From Octopus bimaculoides (Eukaryota): 64,000 nt of DNA. The notes under the pieces were generated by a model. That model did not search any database and had not been told where the DNA came from. It saw only the letters and a list, made by a program, of their open reading frames with translations. The position numbers were made by a program, and so were the translations under genes. Where the stretch lies: positions 714,057 to 778,056 of the forward strand of contig NC_068989.1 of the NCBI RefSeq assembly GCF_001194135.2. Direction: 5' to 3'. Shown one piece after another: positions 63,311-64,000 of this stretch. Position 1 is the first letter of the stretch, and each line of letters starts with the position of its first letter.

Positions 63311-64000
63311 CCAGTCTCTGTTTGGTACATGCAGTCATGTAGATGAGATTGGTGGTGGGAGGAGCTATGAGAGTCTCCTGGTAGAGGAGAGGCTTTTCAT
63401 ACGAGTGTTGGTGCGGAGGTGGAGCCATGGAGAGGGTTCTGGTGTAGGTGGTAGGGGTGGGTCTAGGTGGGCACATCATGGATAAGTAAAAAGGTCAACT
63501 TCACTAAAGGAAATAGCAGCCAAGACGGAAAGACATACGAAGGGTAGAGAGAGAAAAATTTGAAAAGCTTAATTGCCAGAGAAATCATAGCAAAAGACAT
63601 GGGTTTTGAAACAGGGAGAGAATATTGTGAAAATGAAAGCAAGCAGGTGTTGAGAATTATGAATTTTGAAAATTAGGTTAAATCAGATTACAGACAGGTT
63701 AGTATTACGAAGCAGATGAAAAATGAAATGACAAGAGTTGTTTGTTAAAAACAAAAATAGTTACTCTTTGTACTTTGGTTGGAAATGAATAAATGGCTGT
63801 TAACATTGGACTGGAGTTTTGTGTAAGGATCAGGCAGAGTTATTTCTTTTAGCATGGCTAAACTATCAATTCAGAATTTTTGCATTGTTGCGGACAGAAT
63901 ATAGTAAATACATCTGAAATATGGTATTTGAGTGTAAAACGAAATCAGGCTTTAAACAGGATAAATTAACCTCTCCTGCAGGGAACCTAAATGTAAACTA

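Noticed and set aside
1-64000. CRISPR arrays, tRNA/rRNA genes, prokaryotic systems
   Set aside because: None seen. The sequence is spliceosomal eukaryotic DNA, and the tRNA-like boxes belong to SINE heads.

Overview
This is AT-rich eukaryotic DNA full of microsatellites and SINEs. The repeat types point to a coleoid cephalopod such as Octopus (inference). Most of the window (3786-51180, + strand) is one ATP-citrate lyase gene, ACLY. I traced 29 coding exons by hand: 3273 nt, about 1090 aa, with consistent splice phases and one GC-AG intron. An intronless ANKMY2 ORF (ankyrin repeats + MYND finger) lies at 60079-61311. Introns and intergenic DNA hold Helitrons, two Merlin (IS1595-like) transposase relics, a DD37D maT element, a foldback mariner, Penelope-like and RTE LINE fragments, many SINEs and two palindromic elements. 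I cannot prove a wholly new system. The strongest unexplained signal is in the 9.2-kb intron at the ACLY inter-domain linker. It carries two frame-preserving candidate micro-exons (9 nt and 27 nt), a perfect recursive-splice-like AG|GTAAGT site and a possible alternative last exon. All coordinates were counted by eye, and repeat boundaries are approximate.
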